From the NCBI GenBank assembly GCA_037447605.1, contig CM074811.1:3100001-3164000 (forward strand): a stretch of 64,000 nucleotides of DNA, written 5' to 3'. Within the stretch, counting starts at the first letter, position 1. Each line of letters starts with the position of its first letter. Origin of the DNA: Zygnema circumcarinatum SAG 698-1b (lineage: Eukaryota > Plantae > Zygnematophyceae). Position numbers and translations under genes: made by a program. Positions 21,199 to 36,123 of this stretch are shown piece by piece. The notes beneath the pieces are model-generated. The model was not told where the DNA came from, did no database searches, and was given only the letters and a program-made list of their open reading frames with translations.

Positions 21199-24100
21199 AT
21201 GCCGACTCTGCCGTTCCGAGACAAGTGGAAGAGCAACATCCCGCTCACCTACGACTGGTTCCTCAACCACCACCTCGTCTGGCCCTCCCTCTCCTGCAGG
21301 TGAGAGCGACTCCTCTCCCACACACTCCCTCTCCCTCTCCCTTCCTCTCTCTCCCTCTCTCTCCCTCTCTCTCCCTCTCTCCCTCTCTCTCCCTCTCTCT
21401 CCCTCTCTCTCCCACTCCCTCTCTCCCTCTCTCTCCCTCTCTCGCCCTCTCTCTCCCTCTCTCTCCCTTTCTCTCCCCCTCTCTCTCCCTCTCTCCCTCC
21501 CTCTCTCTCTCCCTCACTCTCTCTTTCCCTCACTCTCCCTCTTTCTCTCTCTCTCCCTCGCTCTCCCTCCCTCTCCCTCTCTTTCCCTCTCTCTCCCTCT
21601 CTCTCCCTCTCTCTCCCTCTCTCTTCCTCTTTCTCCCGCCACATTGCCTATATCTCTTTCTATTTCCCTTCCGTGGTGACAGATCTCCCTCTTTCCCGTC
21701 CATATGAGGTGGTACATTTTCTCTCCCTCTCTCACTTTCTTTCTTTCTCTTTTGGGAAACACCTGAACCAGGATTAGTTGTAAAATTCACGACTGCCATA
21801 TCCTGCTTAGGTTAAGTTCTTCTGAAATGTAATTATTTGCAGATGGGGACCTGTTGTGGAAGAGCACCCGCATTTCTGCAAGCAGCACATTTACATGTCG
21901 GAGCAGACGGATGGATCCGTTCCAAATACCCTAATTGTGGCAACAGTTCTTGTTAGTTCATTTTTTTTTCTCCGAACCCTAAAATTTCTGAGTCTTGAAA
22001 ACCCGAAAAATCTCGAATGCCGCTTGACTGAAACCTTAATTGAAACGCTCTGAGTGTTCGTGTTTTTCGAATTATTAAGAATCTGAATTTTTGAAAACTC
22101 TGGAAACCCTAATAACTACTTTCAATCCTCAGCAGGCCGCGCCTGTAAACCCTAAAACCCTAAAAATCCTAACTCCCGGTTCACTGAAACCCTACCCCCT
22201 GCACCCCTAATGCCCAGAGTACCTTACTTCGTATAGCCCTCATTTATCCAAACCCCTACTCCCTCAACCCCACTCCCCCTCTTACAAGCCCTGAACCCTT
22301 AAACCCTAAAACTATATCTCTCCATGCCGCCTGAAGCCATACCCCTAATCTTTAACCCATACATCCACAACTTCATTCCTTAATTCTCCACTCCCCACTT
22401 CAAACTCCGTCTGCCTACAACCCTACCCCATTCCTCCCCCCTTCAGCCATACTCTCTCGCCCCTACAACCCTGATTCTTCAACCTTCTCGACCCCTAACC
22501 CTTGAAGCCTTCGAATTTTAAACCCTAAACCCTGACCCTTTTGTAACGCTGAACCCCTACCCCTAAACCCATCCAACCGCTAAATTCTATATTTTTCTAC
22601 AACCCTAAGCCCCACTCTTCTCAAACCCTGAACCTTAAACCATTCTGCAATCCTAAAATTTTCTTAAGCCCTAACCTTTGAACCCTTCTGAACCCCTCAA
22701 ACCCAAACCCCTTTTTGTAACCCTAAACCCCTACTCCTCAAACCCTCCTTCAACCCTAAACCCCTTCTGAACCACCCCCCCCTTGCAGGTGCCCCGGCGC
22801 CACGTGGCCCCCCCCGCCGCGCTGGCGCAATTTGAGGACGACGGCGCGTCCTCGCACGTGCGGGCGCACTTGGCGGTACGGCACCCGGGGGAGGTGAACC
22901 GCATCCGCGCGCTGCCACGTGTCCCGCACCTCGCGGCCACGCACACGGACGGGCCGGAGGTCTTCCTTTGGAATCTCGCCACGCAGGTACGGGCAGGCCT
23001 GCAAGGGGGGGAAGTAGGGAGGGAGGGAGGGAGGCAGGGAGGGAGGGGTAGTGTTAGGGTTAGGGTTTTGGTCGGCTTACAAGGGGGGAGGAGGGAGAGA
23101 GGGAGGGAGGGGGGAGGGGTAGGGTTAGGTTAGGGTTTTGGTCGGCCTGCAAGGGGGGAGGAGGGAGGGAGGGAGGGAGGGGGGAGGGGTAGGGTTAGGT
23201 TTAGGGTTTTGGTTGGCTTACAAGGGGGGGAGGAGGAGGGAGCGAGGGGGGGGAGAGGGAGGGAGAAAGGTAGGGTTAGGGTTAGGGTTTGGCCGGCTTT
23301 CAAGGGGAGGAGGTAGGGAGGGAGGTAAGGGTAGGGGTAGGGTTAGGGTTAGGGTTCGGTTGGCCTTCAAGGGGAGGAGGAGGGAGGGAGTTAGGGTTAG
23401 GGTTCGGTTGGCCTTCAAGGGGAGGAGGGAGGGAGTTAGGGTTAGGGTTCGGTTGGCCTTCAAGGGGAGGAGGGAGGGAGTTAGGGTTAGGGTTAGAGTT
23501 TGGTCGGCGAACAAGGGGGAAGGAGGGAGGGAGGGGAATAAGGTTAGGGTTAGGGTTTGGCTAGCCTGCAAGGGAAGGCCATCCAAACCCTAACCCTACC
23601 CTTACCTCTCTCCCTCCTCCTCACCTTGTAGGCCGGTCAAACCCTAACCCTAACCTTACCCCTACCTCCCTTCCTCCTTCCCCCTTGTGGGCCAGCCAAA
23701 CCCTAACCCTAACCCTATCCCCCTCCCTCCTTCCCTTCCTGTTCCTCCTCCCCTTGTAGACCGACCAAACCCTAACCCTAACCCTCCCCCCCTCCCTCCC
23801 TCCTCCCTTTGTAGGCCGGCCAAACCTTAACCCTAACCCTACCCCGATCTCCCTCCCTCCTCCTTATAGGGTTAGGGTTTGGCCGGAGAGGAGGAAGGGG
23901 GTTAGAATGGGTTAGGGTTTGCCCTGCCTACAAGGGGAGGAGAGAGGGGGTTGGGGGTAGGGTTAGCGTTAGGGTTTGGAGGGGAGAGGGGAGGGTTTGG
24001 GTACAGAGGGGAGGAATGTGAGGGGGGGAAAAGGGGGGAGAGGGTGGGGAGGGGGAGGATTTAGAGGGGAGGGGGGAAGGTTTGGATACAGAGGGGAGGA

Positions 24101-24779
24101 ATGAGAGGGGGAAGGAGGGGAGGTGGGTGGGGTGGGGGGACTAGGGTTAGGGTTTAGAGGGAAGGGGGGAGGGGTTTGGGTTCGGTCGATGGAACTGACG
24201 GAATCCGTTAAACTGTGGGTGTATATAGCCGGACAGAACAAATGCGCCGGCGGGGAGTCCGGACTCGATTCCGGATTTGGTATGTGAGAGTTGGATCAAT
24301 CAAACTCTAAAAGAAGCCCTAAAAGTCGCAAAACTACAGAGAAATTCTATTTCCAGAGAATGACAAGAAAGGATGGGACCCACATGTGTCAGTGCTGTTC
24401 AAACCGATTGAGTTTCCGTTCAGTTCAGTCCCGTTCTGTTTTATTCAGCTCAGCTTGTCTCTCTATAGGGAAGATTTGTAATTCCGTTTTGCATGTATCC
24501 ATATGTTTAGCCGTTCCGTCCGTATTATGTCGCTCTTTCGTAAGATGTCGCTCCGTTTGGTGTTACGGAATTCCGTAAAACTGGCTGGTAGAGATTGAGC
24601 GCATGTGGCGGGGTTTAGGGTTTTAGGTCCTGGCAGGGCACACAGAGAACGCGGAGTTCGCCCTGGCCACGTCAGCACTCGGGCCGCGCGTGCTCAGCGG
24701 GGGAAGGGACAAATGTGTGGCGCTGTGGGACCTCGAGGACCACGTCACCTCTCTCTCCTCGCAGGTAGGGCTCTTTCTC

Positions 24780-24813
<34 letters not shown>

Positions 24814-24862
24814 GTCTCTCTTTCTCTCTCTCTCTCTGTGTGTGAGAGAGGGTGGGGAGGCT

Positions 24863-24904
<42 letters not shown>

Positions 24905-27900
24905 AGAGAGAGGGTGGGGAGGGAGGATGGGAGGGAGGGAGAAGGGAGGGGAGGGAGAGTGGGTGAGAGAGGGGTAAAAAGGGAAGAAGGACGCAGGTAT
25001 CTCTCCCTTTCTCTGAGGAAGAGAAGGTTGGGAGGGAGGGGGGAAGGAGGGAAAAGATGGGTAGAGAGAGTGGGGTGAGAGACGGGGGAAAGGTGGAAGG
25101 TGGAGGCGGCGGGGCAAGTGGAAGAAGTGGGGGAGAGAGAGAAACGGATTTGAAATATGCATTTACACAAGATGGGCATTTTCATAATATGTTAGTGCCT
25201 ATGTATGTATGTATGTGTGTATGTATGGGTACATAGCTATGGCTATGCGGTCACATGGGCATGTGCCTATGTGTATTCACACGAGGAGGAATGGGGTTGC
25301 AGAAAGCGGAGGAGACTGCCAAAGGGTCGGAGCTGCGGAGGAATGGGCAGGTGACAGCTGAAAGTCTAAACCCTAAAGTCTAAATCGCAAAGCTTGAACC
25401 CTAAACCGTTAAATCTAATTCCTAATAACCTGAACCCAAAACAGAAAAGGCAAAATCCGTAAATTTGAAACACTAATGCCTTAAACCCGAAACCCTGAAC
25501 TCGAAAAATCTGAACCTAAACCCGGAAGTCTCAGTCTCGAAGCTTAAGTCCTGAAGACTAAACTTTAAACCCTAAACCCTCGACAAGAATCCCACCAGTA
25601 AAACCCGTTCACATTTTTAAAGTTGGCTCTTTCTCAAATAAGTCTTATCCCTTACAGAGATCTGAACCCTAAGTGGAAAGCCGTAGAATTTCCGGAAACC
25701 TCAAAAAGCTTCAACGAGTCTTTAAAGTTCTTAATGTCTTTGTTTCATTTGTTTAAAAGCTTTGCAACCCTAAAAAACTTCAAATCTCTGCAAAACTTTA
25801 AAGCTCCCAAGACGAGAGACCTTATACCCTGAAGCCCTAAACCTTTAAGAAGCTGAACCCTAATTCCCTAAGGTCCAATTGAACCTTAAACCCCCCCCTA
25901 AAACCTGAAAGCCCTCAAATCCCAAGTCCTCTAAACTCGAGAATTGGATATTTTGGGCGGTCTTGTTGGACAGAAAGCGACGACAGTTCAAGCGCGAACT
26001 CTGTTCAAGGGACATAGAGACACCGTTGAGGATGTTCAGTTCAGCCCAACGAGTCTCCATGAGTTCTGTTCCGTTGCAGATGACTCTTGCCTCATCCTCT
26101 GGGATTCCAGGACGGGAGATAGGCCGGTTCTCAAGGTGACTAAGAGGGAGGGGTGGTAGGAGGGAGGGAGGGTGGGAGGGAGGGAGCGAGGGAGGGAGGG
26201 AGGAAGGGAGGGTGAGGGAGGAGGGGTGGGGAGGGCCGGGCGGGGAGTGGGGGAGGAAAGGGAGAGGAGGGAGGAAGGGGGGGAGAGAGTGGAGGAAGGA
26301 AGAGGTGAGCGAGGGAGGGGCGAGGAAGGAGGTGGGGCAGGATGGAGGGAGAGGGGGAGGGAGTGGGGGAAGGTGGGAAGCAATGGAAGAGTGGGGGCAG
26401 GAATAGGAGGGAGGGGAGGGCATGAGGACCGGAGGGGCAGAGCGAGAGTGGGAGAGGGAGCGAGCGAGAGAGTGAGAGTGAAAGAGACGGAGGGAGGGGA
26501 GGGGAGCGAGGTGAAATCGCAGGCTGCATTGATGTGAGACTAAATCTGCATAACCCGAAACGCAACCCCTAACTATGATAAACGGCTCTGACTATCCTAA
26601 CCCTAACCCTAACTTTGACCGTAACCCTAAGCCTAAGCCTAACCCTAATTCGATCCCTGAGCCTATCCCTAACCCTTACCTTTACCCTAACCCTGACCCT
26701 ATCTCTAATCTTATCCTTAAGAAGCAAACCTGAACACTTCCTCTCCACTCTGTTACCTCATCCATTCATTCATTCACTCGTCTCTCCCTCCCCTCCCTCC
26801 CTTCCTTCCTCTCCCTCCCTCCCTCCCTTCTCCCTCCCTCCCTCCCTTCCTCCTTCCTCCCTCCCTCCCTTCCTTCCTCCTCCCTCCCTTCTTCCTCTCT
26901 CCTCCCCTCCCTTCTCCCTCCCTCCCTTCCTTCTCCTCCTCCTCCCTCCTCCCTCCCTCCCTTCTGTTCCTCTCTTCCTCCCCTCCCGCCCTTCCTTCCA
27001 CTCTCCCTCTCCCTCCCTCCCTCCCTCCCTCCCTTCCTCTCCCTCCCTCCCTCCCTCCTCCTCCTCCCTCCCTCCTCCTTCCTTCCTCTCCCTCCCTCCC
27101 TCCCTTCCTTCTCCTCCTCCTCCCTTCCTTCCTCCTCCCTCCCTCTCCCTTCCTTCCACTCTCCCTCCCTCCCTCCTCCCTCCCTCCTCTCCCTCCCTCC
27201 CTCCTCCTCCCTCCCTTCCCTCCCCTCCCTCCCTCCTCCTTCCTTCCTCTCTCCCTCCCCTCCCTCCCTTCCTTCCTCTCTCCTCCCTCCCTCCCTCCCT
27301 CCCTTCCTCTCCCTCCCCTCCCTCCCTTCTGTTCCTCTCTTCCTCCCTCCCTCCCTTCCTTCTTCCACTCTCCCTCCCTCCCTCCCTCCCTCCCTCCCTC
27401 CCTCCCTCCCTCCTCCCTTCTTCCTTCTCCCTCCCTCCCTTCCTCTCCCTCCCTCCCTTTTCCTTCTCTCCCTCCCTCCTCCTCCTCCCTTCCTTTCCCT
27501 CTCCTCCCCTCCCTTCTCCCTCCTCCCTCCCTCCCTCCTTCCCTCCCCTCCCTTTCCACTCTCCCTCCCCTCCCTCCTTCCTCTCTCCCTCCCTCCCTCC
27601 TCCCCCTTCCTTCCTCTCTCCCTCCCCTCCCTCCCTCCCTCCCTTCCTCTCTCCCTCCCCTCCCTCCCCACTCTCTCCCTCCCCTCCCTCCCCCCCGCCC
27701 AGCTCGAGCGCGCCCACAGTTCGGACGTGCACACGGTCGACTGGAGTCCCCACAACGCGCACCATCTCCTCACGGGCGCGGCGGACGCCTCCGTCAAACT
27801 CATCGACCGGCGGCGCATGGGCATGGCCATGCACGCGCATGCAGCCAGCGGGGACAAGCCCGTCCTGCACGCATTCAAGGGCCATACGGAGGCCGTCGTC

Positions 27901-28003
27901 TGCGTGCAGGTGGGGGGGGGGGGCTCAACCCTGAACCCTCAACTCTAAACCCTAAACCCTAAAGCCCTGAACCCTATTTCTCACAGTCTCTCTCTCCCCC
28001 CCA

Positions 28004-28068
<65 letters not shown>

Positions 28069-29904
28069 CCCCTCTCTCTCTCTCTCACCTCTCTCACTCT
28101 CTATCCTGCCCGCAGTGGTCACCCGACAAGGCGGGCGTTTTCGGAAGTTGTGCTGACGACGGACTCGTCAACATATGGGACGTGACAGCTGTCACGAGCA
28201 AACAGCCACATGGATCGCGGGCTCCCCCGGGTCTCCTCTTTCAGCACTTGGGCCACAGGTGGGACCCAAAACCCTAAAACCCTAAGAAATATATAGGGTT
28301 AACCTATAATCCCCAAAGCCCCGCAACCACGAAACCTATGCAATTCCGGATAGCGGGAGTTTCATTTTTGAGCTCAATAATCGGTAACTTCAGGATCTTG
28401 AGAAACGTTAGATTTTCAGAATTGCAGAATTTAGAGTCAAACCCTAAAAACCCTAAGAACCGTAAAACTGTAAAACCGTAAAACCTCAAACTTTCAAACG
28501 TGAACGGACGTGCGGACTGACTCCATGTTTGGAATTTGTGCTTTCCTGTTCTCCAATGGGAGCAGAGAAAAGGTGTCCGAATTTCAGTGGAATCCTCTGA
28601 ACCCCTGGACGGTGATTAGCTCGTCCATAGACTCTGGGAGAGTGGGAGGAGGCACTCTGCAAGTGTGGCGAGTGAGCGATCTCGTTTATCTCTCTGAGGG
28701 AGAGGCCCGGGCGGAGCTGCAAAGGATGAAGGCTATGGCGGCTGGGAAAGAGCCGCCAACAGCGGTAGGGCCGCCTCTAGAGGAAGAGGCTAAGAAGGCT
28801 GAAGAGGAGGAGGAGGAAGGAGACGAAGGGGAAGACAGAACGGAAGGGACAGCGGGAGAGAACATGGAAGAGAGGGAGGAGGAGGAAGAAGACGAAGCGG
28901 AAGAGAGAACGGAGGGGAGAGCGGGAGAGAACATGGAAGAGAGGGAGGAGGAGGAAGAAGACGAAGCGGAAGAGAGAACGGAGGGGAGAGCGGGAGAGAA
29001 CATGGAAGAGAGGGAGGAGGAGGAAGAAGACGAAGCGGAAGAGAGAACGGAGGGGAGAGCGGGAGAGAACATGGAAGAGAGGGAGGAGGAGGAAGACGAC
29101 GGAGCGGAAGAGAGAACGGAGGGGAGAGCGGGAGAGAACATGGAAGAGAGGGAGGAGGAGGAAGAAGACGAAGCGGAAGAGAGAACGGAGGGGAGAGCGG
29201 GAGAGAACATGGAAGAGAAGGAGGAGGTGGAGGAGGAGGCCATGGAGGAAGGCATGGAAGAGGTGGGGGACTGTGATACGGAGGACAGAGCAAAGGTCGG
29301 TATAGGAGGGGTGGAGGGAGATGGAGAAGGAGAAGGAGAAGGAGAGGAGCAGCAGCAGGGAAGTGTAAGTAGTGGAGGGGAACACATGGAACGGTCTGCT
29401 GAACAAGAAACGGAACTGGTTGAAGAAGGACACACGGAGCAGGTTTCTATGGAAGAGGAAGCAGAACGGCTGACGGAAAAGGACACGGAACAGGCTAGTC
29501 CAAAGGAGGACATGGAACTACCGACAGAAAGGATTACAGAACAGTCAAGGGGTGAAAATATGGAGCAGGTGTCTATGGGAGAGAAGATGGAAGTTTGTTC
29601 GACGGAAAAGGATAGTGAACCGTTGAGAGAAGGAAATGAGGAACTAACTCCAACGGATGAGGACATGGAACAAGTGGAAGACGAAACAACAGAACTGCCT
29701 TCAACGAGAGTCGACATGGAGCAACCGAAGGAAGAAGACACGGAACTGCCTTCAAAGGAGGAGCACATGGAACAGCCTTCAACGGAAAAAGAGACGGATG
29801 GACTAAACGAAGAAACTGTGGAAATGCCTTCAACGGAAAAGGACATGGAACCGACGATGGAAGGAAGCACAGAACCGCCTTCTACTGAAAAAGCCACGGA
29901 ATAA
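21199..29904 (+). CDS. MSI4: WD40 histone-binding protein MSI4/FVE-like (RBBP4/7 family) with a long acidic C-terminal extension
   Basis: Exons read KWKSNIPLTYDWFLNHHLVWPSLSCR|WGP...MSEQTDGSVPNTLIVA|...HPGEVNRIRALP...ATHTDGPEV|PDRTN...IPDL|LAGHTENAEFAL...VLSGGRDK|FKGHRDTVEDVQF...FCSVADDSCLILWD|AHSSDVHTVDW|WSPDKAGVFGSCADDG...LLFQHLGHR|EKVSEFQWN...GGGTLQVWRVSDLVY. Confidence 0.93.
22998..24180. repeat. Intronic arrays of a ~50-65-bp unit in alternating orientation (G-rich ~23000-23575, C-rich ~23585-23870, G-rich ~23870-24180)
   Basis: The unit GGCCTGCAAGGGG...GAGGGAGGG...GGGTTAGGGTTAGGGTTTGG is followed by its reverse complement CCAAACCCTAACCCT...CCCCTTGTAGGCC. Confidence 0.85.
26781..27700 (+). 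repeat. ~920-bp almost pure polypyrimidine (CT/CCT) tract in an MSI4 intron
   Basis: Only sporadic purines. Comparable shorter CT/GA tracts occur in most introns of the window. Confidence 0.95.
28850..29230 (+). repeat. Coding tandem repeat, 69-bp unit (MEEREEEEEDEAEERTEGRAGEN), five full copies plus flanking partials
   Basis: Unit ATG positions are 28864, 28933, 29002, 29071, 29140 and 29209. Confidence 0.95.
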
Positions 29905-30849
29905 TTTTTAGAAGGTAATACGAAACTGGGTCAATTGAAAAGGACAAGGCTCGCCTTTCCTGGAAGAGGACACAACTGAGCCTCTGGGAAGGAAACGTGG
30001 AGCAGCGTTCCACAGGAAAGCATAGAACAGCGTCTGAAGAAGTGGAAAGAATCTCCACATCAACACGTCATATTGAAAGGCGAAATTTCGTTTCTCTGGT
30101 TAATTTTTAGAAAGTTTTTTGGGGAAACCCTCCATCCTTCCCCCATCCCTCTTCTCATCCTATCTTCGCATGTTACAAATAATTTGGGTGTTTCGGATTA
30201 TAATGTCTTTCTAATTTTTTTCTAAGTTATGGCCCGACTTGTTCATCTTTTTCATTTTTATACTTTCTCATTTACGTGCGAATGTGTGAGAGAGTAAGAG
30301 AGAGAGTGAGGAAAAGAGAGAGCATGGTCAAAAAATGTGCTACATTATGCTTCTAGAGTCCTAGCCATGTACCCAGCATAGACCATAACCCTAAAATAAT
30401 CCTTCACCCCCACAACCACAAATAACAACCAGAGCTACCCTAAGCCCTAGTACTGAACCCTAAACACTAAACCCTAAACATTCACGTAGCCACCTCATAT
30501 AAAGTTACTATTAGTTTTCTCCGCCGCCCCTCCCCTCGGTGTGCCCCAACTCCGCTTCCCATTCACCGTCTCCGTTCCACAAACCCGAACTCCGTCCGGC
30601 CCAAAGACACGTTCCGATGCCCACATTCCTATACCCATATGGAACGCCTCCCTGACCTCCCCTCCCTCTCCTCCCTCCCTCCCTTCCCTCCCTCTCCTCC
30701 CTCCCTCCCTCCCTTCCCTCCCTCTCCTCCCTCCCTCCTCCCCCTCCCCCTCCCCTCCCCTCCCCTCCCTCCCTCCCTTCCCTCCCTCTCCTCCCTCCCT
30801 CCCTCCCTCCCTCCCTCCCTCCCTCCCTCCCTCCCTGGCCCTGGGCCTT

Positions 30850-33420
<2,571 letters not shown>

Positions 33421-36123
33421 GGTGCCCACCGCCGTCCCCTGCTCCGAAAATAAGTTGGAACATAATTTTTTACTTACAAAAAAATCAATTGAAAAAAAAC
33501 GAGGAATAACAGAAGAAAGAAAAATTGATCCAAAAGATGGAAAATCCTAAATCTGCAACCGCGTTTATTTTTATTTTTTTTTTAACGAAAGTATGAAAGT
33601 TCAGCTCCAAAACAAAGTTATCCTCTCGATGCGGAGCACACAAAAAATAAACCAAATTACAAAAAAAAAAATATGATAACAAAAAAGGTAACTTTCTTCT
33701 CCTCGTATAGCTTCGTCCAGTAAAAATAAAAAAAGAAATAAAAAAAATTGTCCTTTTCATACCCCCTTGCATATGAGTGCTGCCGAAACTCTCACCGAGG
33801 GGGTAAGGTAAGCACTCCCAAACTCCAAAAGGATAAATTTGAAGTTCGCAGATCGGCGACCACTCTTTGCAACACTCTTTCAGTCTGCCCAAAATTCGCC
33901 TCTAAACAAACAACGAAGGTTGACCGAACAGTGACCAGATGTTGACCGAAGATTGACTAAAGGATTGATTAACTCTCGTCCAGCGAAACAAGTGCAGAGA
34001 GTTTCTCTGCACATATGGAAGAAAGCAAAAGGAAACTGAGTGCGAGGAAGAAGGAGAGTAAGGATGACGGAAATTTTAACTTAGAACTTTGTTAAGGTTT
34101 TGCAAGGAGCCTTCCAGTGAAATGCACGGAAAAAGTAATGTGAGATACATGGAAACCAATTGTCCCATTTTGTATCGGCGATTTCTTTGAGAGAAGATTA
34201 TCTGACCAGATTCCATGAGCAGTGGGAACTGAGAATAGTTGTAAATGACGGAGCTTGACAAGCTCGCAGCCATCCTTACCACCTTAGCCATCCTTGCCTC
34301 TCTCTCTCTCTCCCTCTCTCTCTCTCTCGCTCTCTCTCTGATCCCCTCCTCTCTCATCACCCCCCCAACACGCTGCTCTCTGCTCCCTTTCCCTCCGACC
34401 TCCCGGTTTCTTCATCTCCACCCTCTCTATCTCTCTGCCTCCACCCTGCTTCTCACCATTCATACTCAATTGACCCACCTCTGCCCCCCTTATCCTCCCT
34501 CCTAACTTCACCTCTGCCAACCTAACTCGGTCTATCGACGCTTCGCTTCCTACCTCCTTAGTTATGCTCCTAACTCCCCACCTCCATCCCTCCCTCACTC
34601 CCTCCCTCCCGCCCTCTCGCTCCCTTTCTCCCTTCGACGCTTCGTTTCTCCCTCCTCACCCCCACCCTAACTCCCTCCTTCCCTGCTCCCCTCCCTCCCC
34701 CAGCGTCACTCCCTTCCTCCCGCCCCCTTCCTGCCTCGATAGCCTCTCTCTTTTCCTGCTTCCCTTCCTCAATCCAGCAAATGCAGTGGCTCCAAACATT
34801 GTTTTTTCCGAGCCCTTATCGCTTCCACAACCCAAGTCATGCATGTGGACAGTTCGACCTCATCTTCCAAAACCCATCGTATGTCATCAAACATCAGCAA
34901 ACCGCAGTTTGGTTCAACCTCCCAAAACAACGACCAGCACGTGCATGTGCATGTGCCGAACACTGAGGAACATCGAACTAAGCATTCAAAGAGCTAGCAA
35001 ACAGAAAAAAAATAACCCTTAAAAAACATGAATCCTGAACCTAACCCTAGTACCGAACATGATATTGATTTTGAATCCTAATCCTAATCCTGACCCAACC
35101 CTAACCCTAACCCTAACTCTAACCACGTAGGGCATTCGGCCCACCAGCACCACTTACCTCCACTTCCTTCCTCAAAAACACATCAAAACAATACATTCAG
35201 GCATCCCAGTATTCAGTATCCCTAGATCCTTCCTGAAACGAATGCTATTTCCCCAGAAAACTAACCCTAAATCAGCACATCCTTTTATCCTCCTGAATCC
35301 CCTTCAGCCGACTGAACACCCAACAGCAACGCACTGCCAATCCAAGCGCCTATTTTCCCGAGTTTCATGAATCCCCCTCCCTACCTATAGCCCGCGCCCC
35401 CTCCTTCCCGCTGCAGCAGAGCAGAGCCGCGCGCCTCTCCTCGGCAGCCATGGATGCCCTCCTCCCGCAAGCTATCGCCCCCTCCCTCCCTGCCAGGCCT
35501 CCCTCTGCAGCAACATGGCCAGGCCCACTGTCCGGAAGTGTACAAAAAATGTACGGCTTGTGTACGGATGATACAGCACCTCCTGCGGACATGCCATGCT
35601 CCATGCCATGTCACGTCACGCCACGTCACGTCACGTCATGCCCAGTCATGGTATGCCATGCCATGGCCATGTGAGGCCATGCACATGGCCGGGCCAGTCA
35701 ATGAGGTTCTGCCACGTGTAAAATGTGTAGACGTGGCGAACTACCATTCGCGGATGGTCGCGCCTGGCGCTGATTCGCAAGGGCGAAAGGCGAATTTCCC
35801 GCCGTGTCGACCTGGGGGAGAGAGGGGGAAGAGGGCGAGAGAGACAGGGAGGGGGAGGGAGAGGGAGACAGGGAGAGGGACAGGGAAAAAGAGGAAGAGA
35901 GAGGGAGAGGGAGAGCGAGAGAGAGACTGGGAAGGAGAGGGAGAGAGGAGAGAGGAGAGTGGAGTGGAGGAAGCCGGAAACGACATGAAAAAGGAGAGAC
36001 GGGAGTGTGGGAGGGAGGGAAGGAGAGAGAGAGAGGGGGAGAGATTCGCCTGAGAGGGGCCCTGCTCTGTGAGCCGTCGATCAGCGCAGACATTGCGGTC
36101 CGACAGTCAGCAGAGCGGCAGCC

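Noticed and set aside
26615-27934. Long Pro/Ser/Leu-rich or Gly/Arg/Glu-rich ORFs (e.g. 26615..27934, 26766..27878 and many similar)
   Set aside because: They are stop-free translations of CT/GA microsatellite introns, not genes.
34076-35452. Possible extra minus-strand gene between ARF and GNAT
   Set aside because: Splice-like signals exist (e.g. GAG|GTAAGT at ~35158), but the candidate exons have stops in all frames or no recognisable product. It may be UTR or non-coding, so I do not call it.
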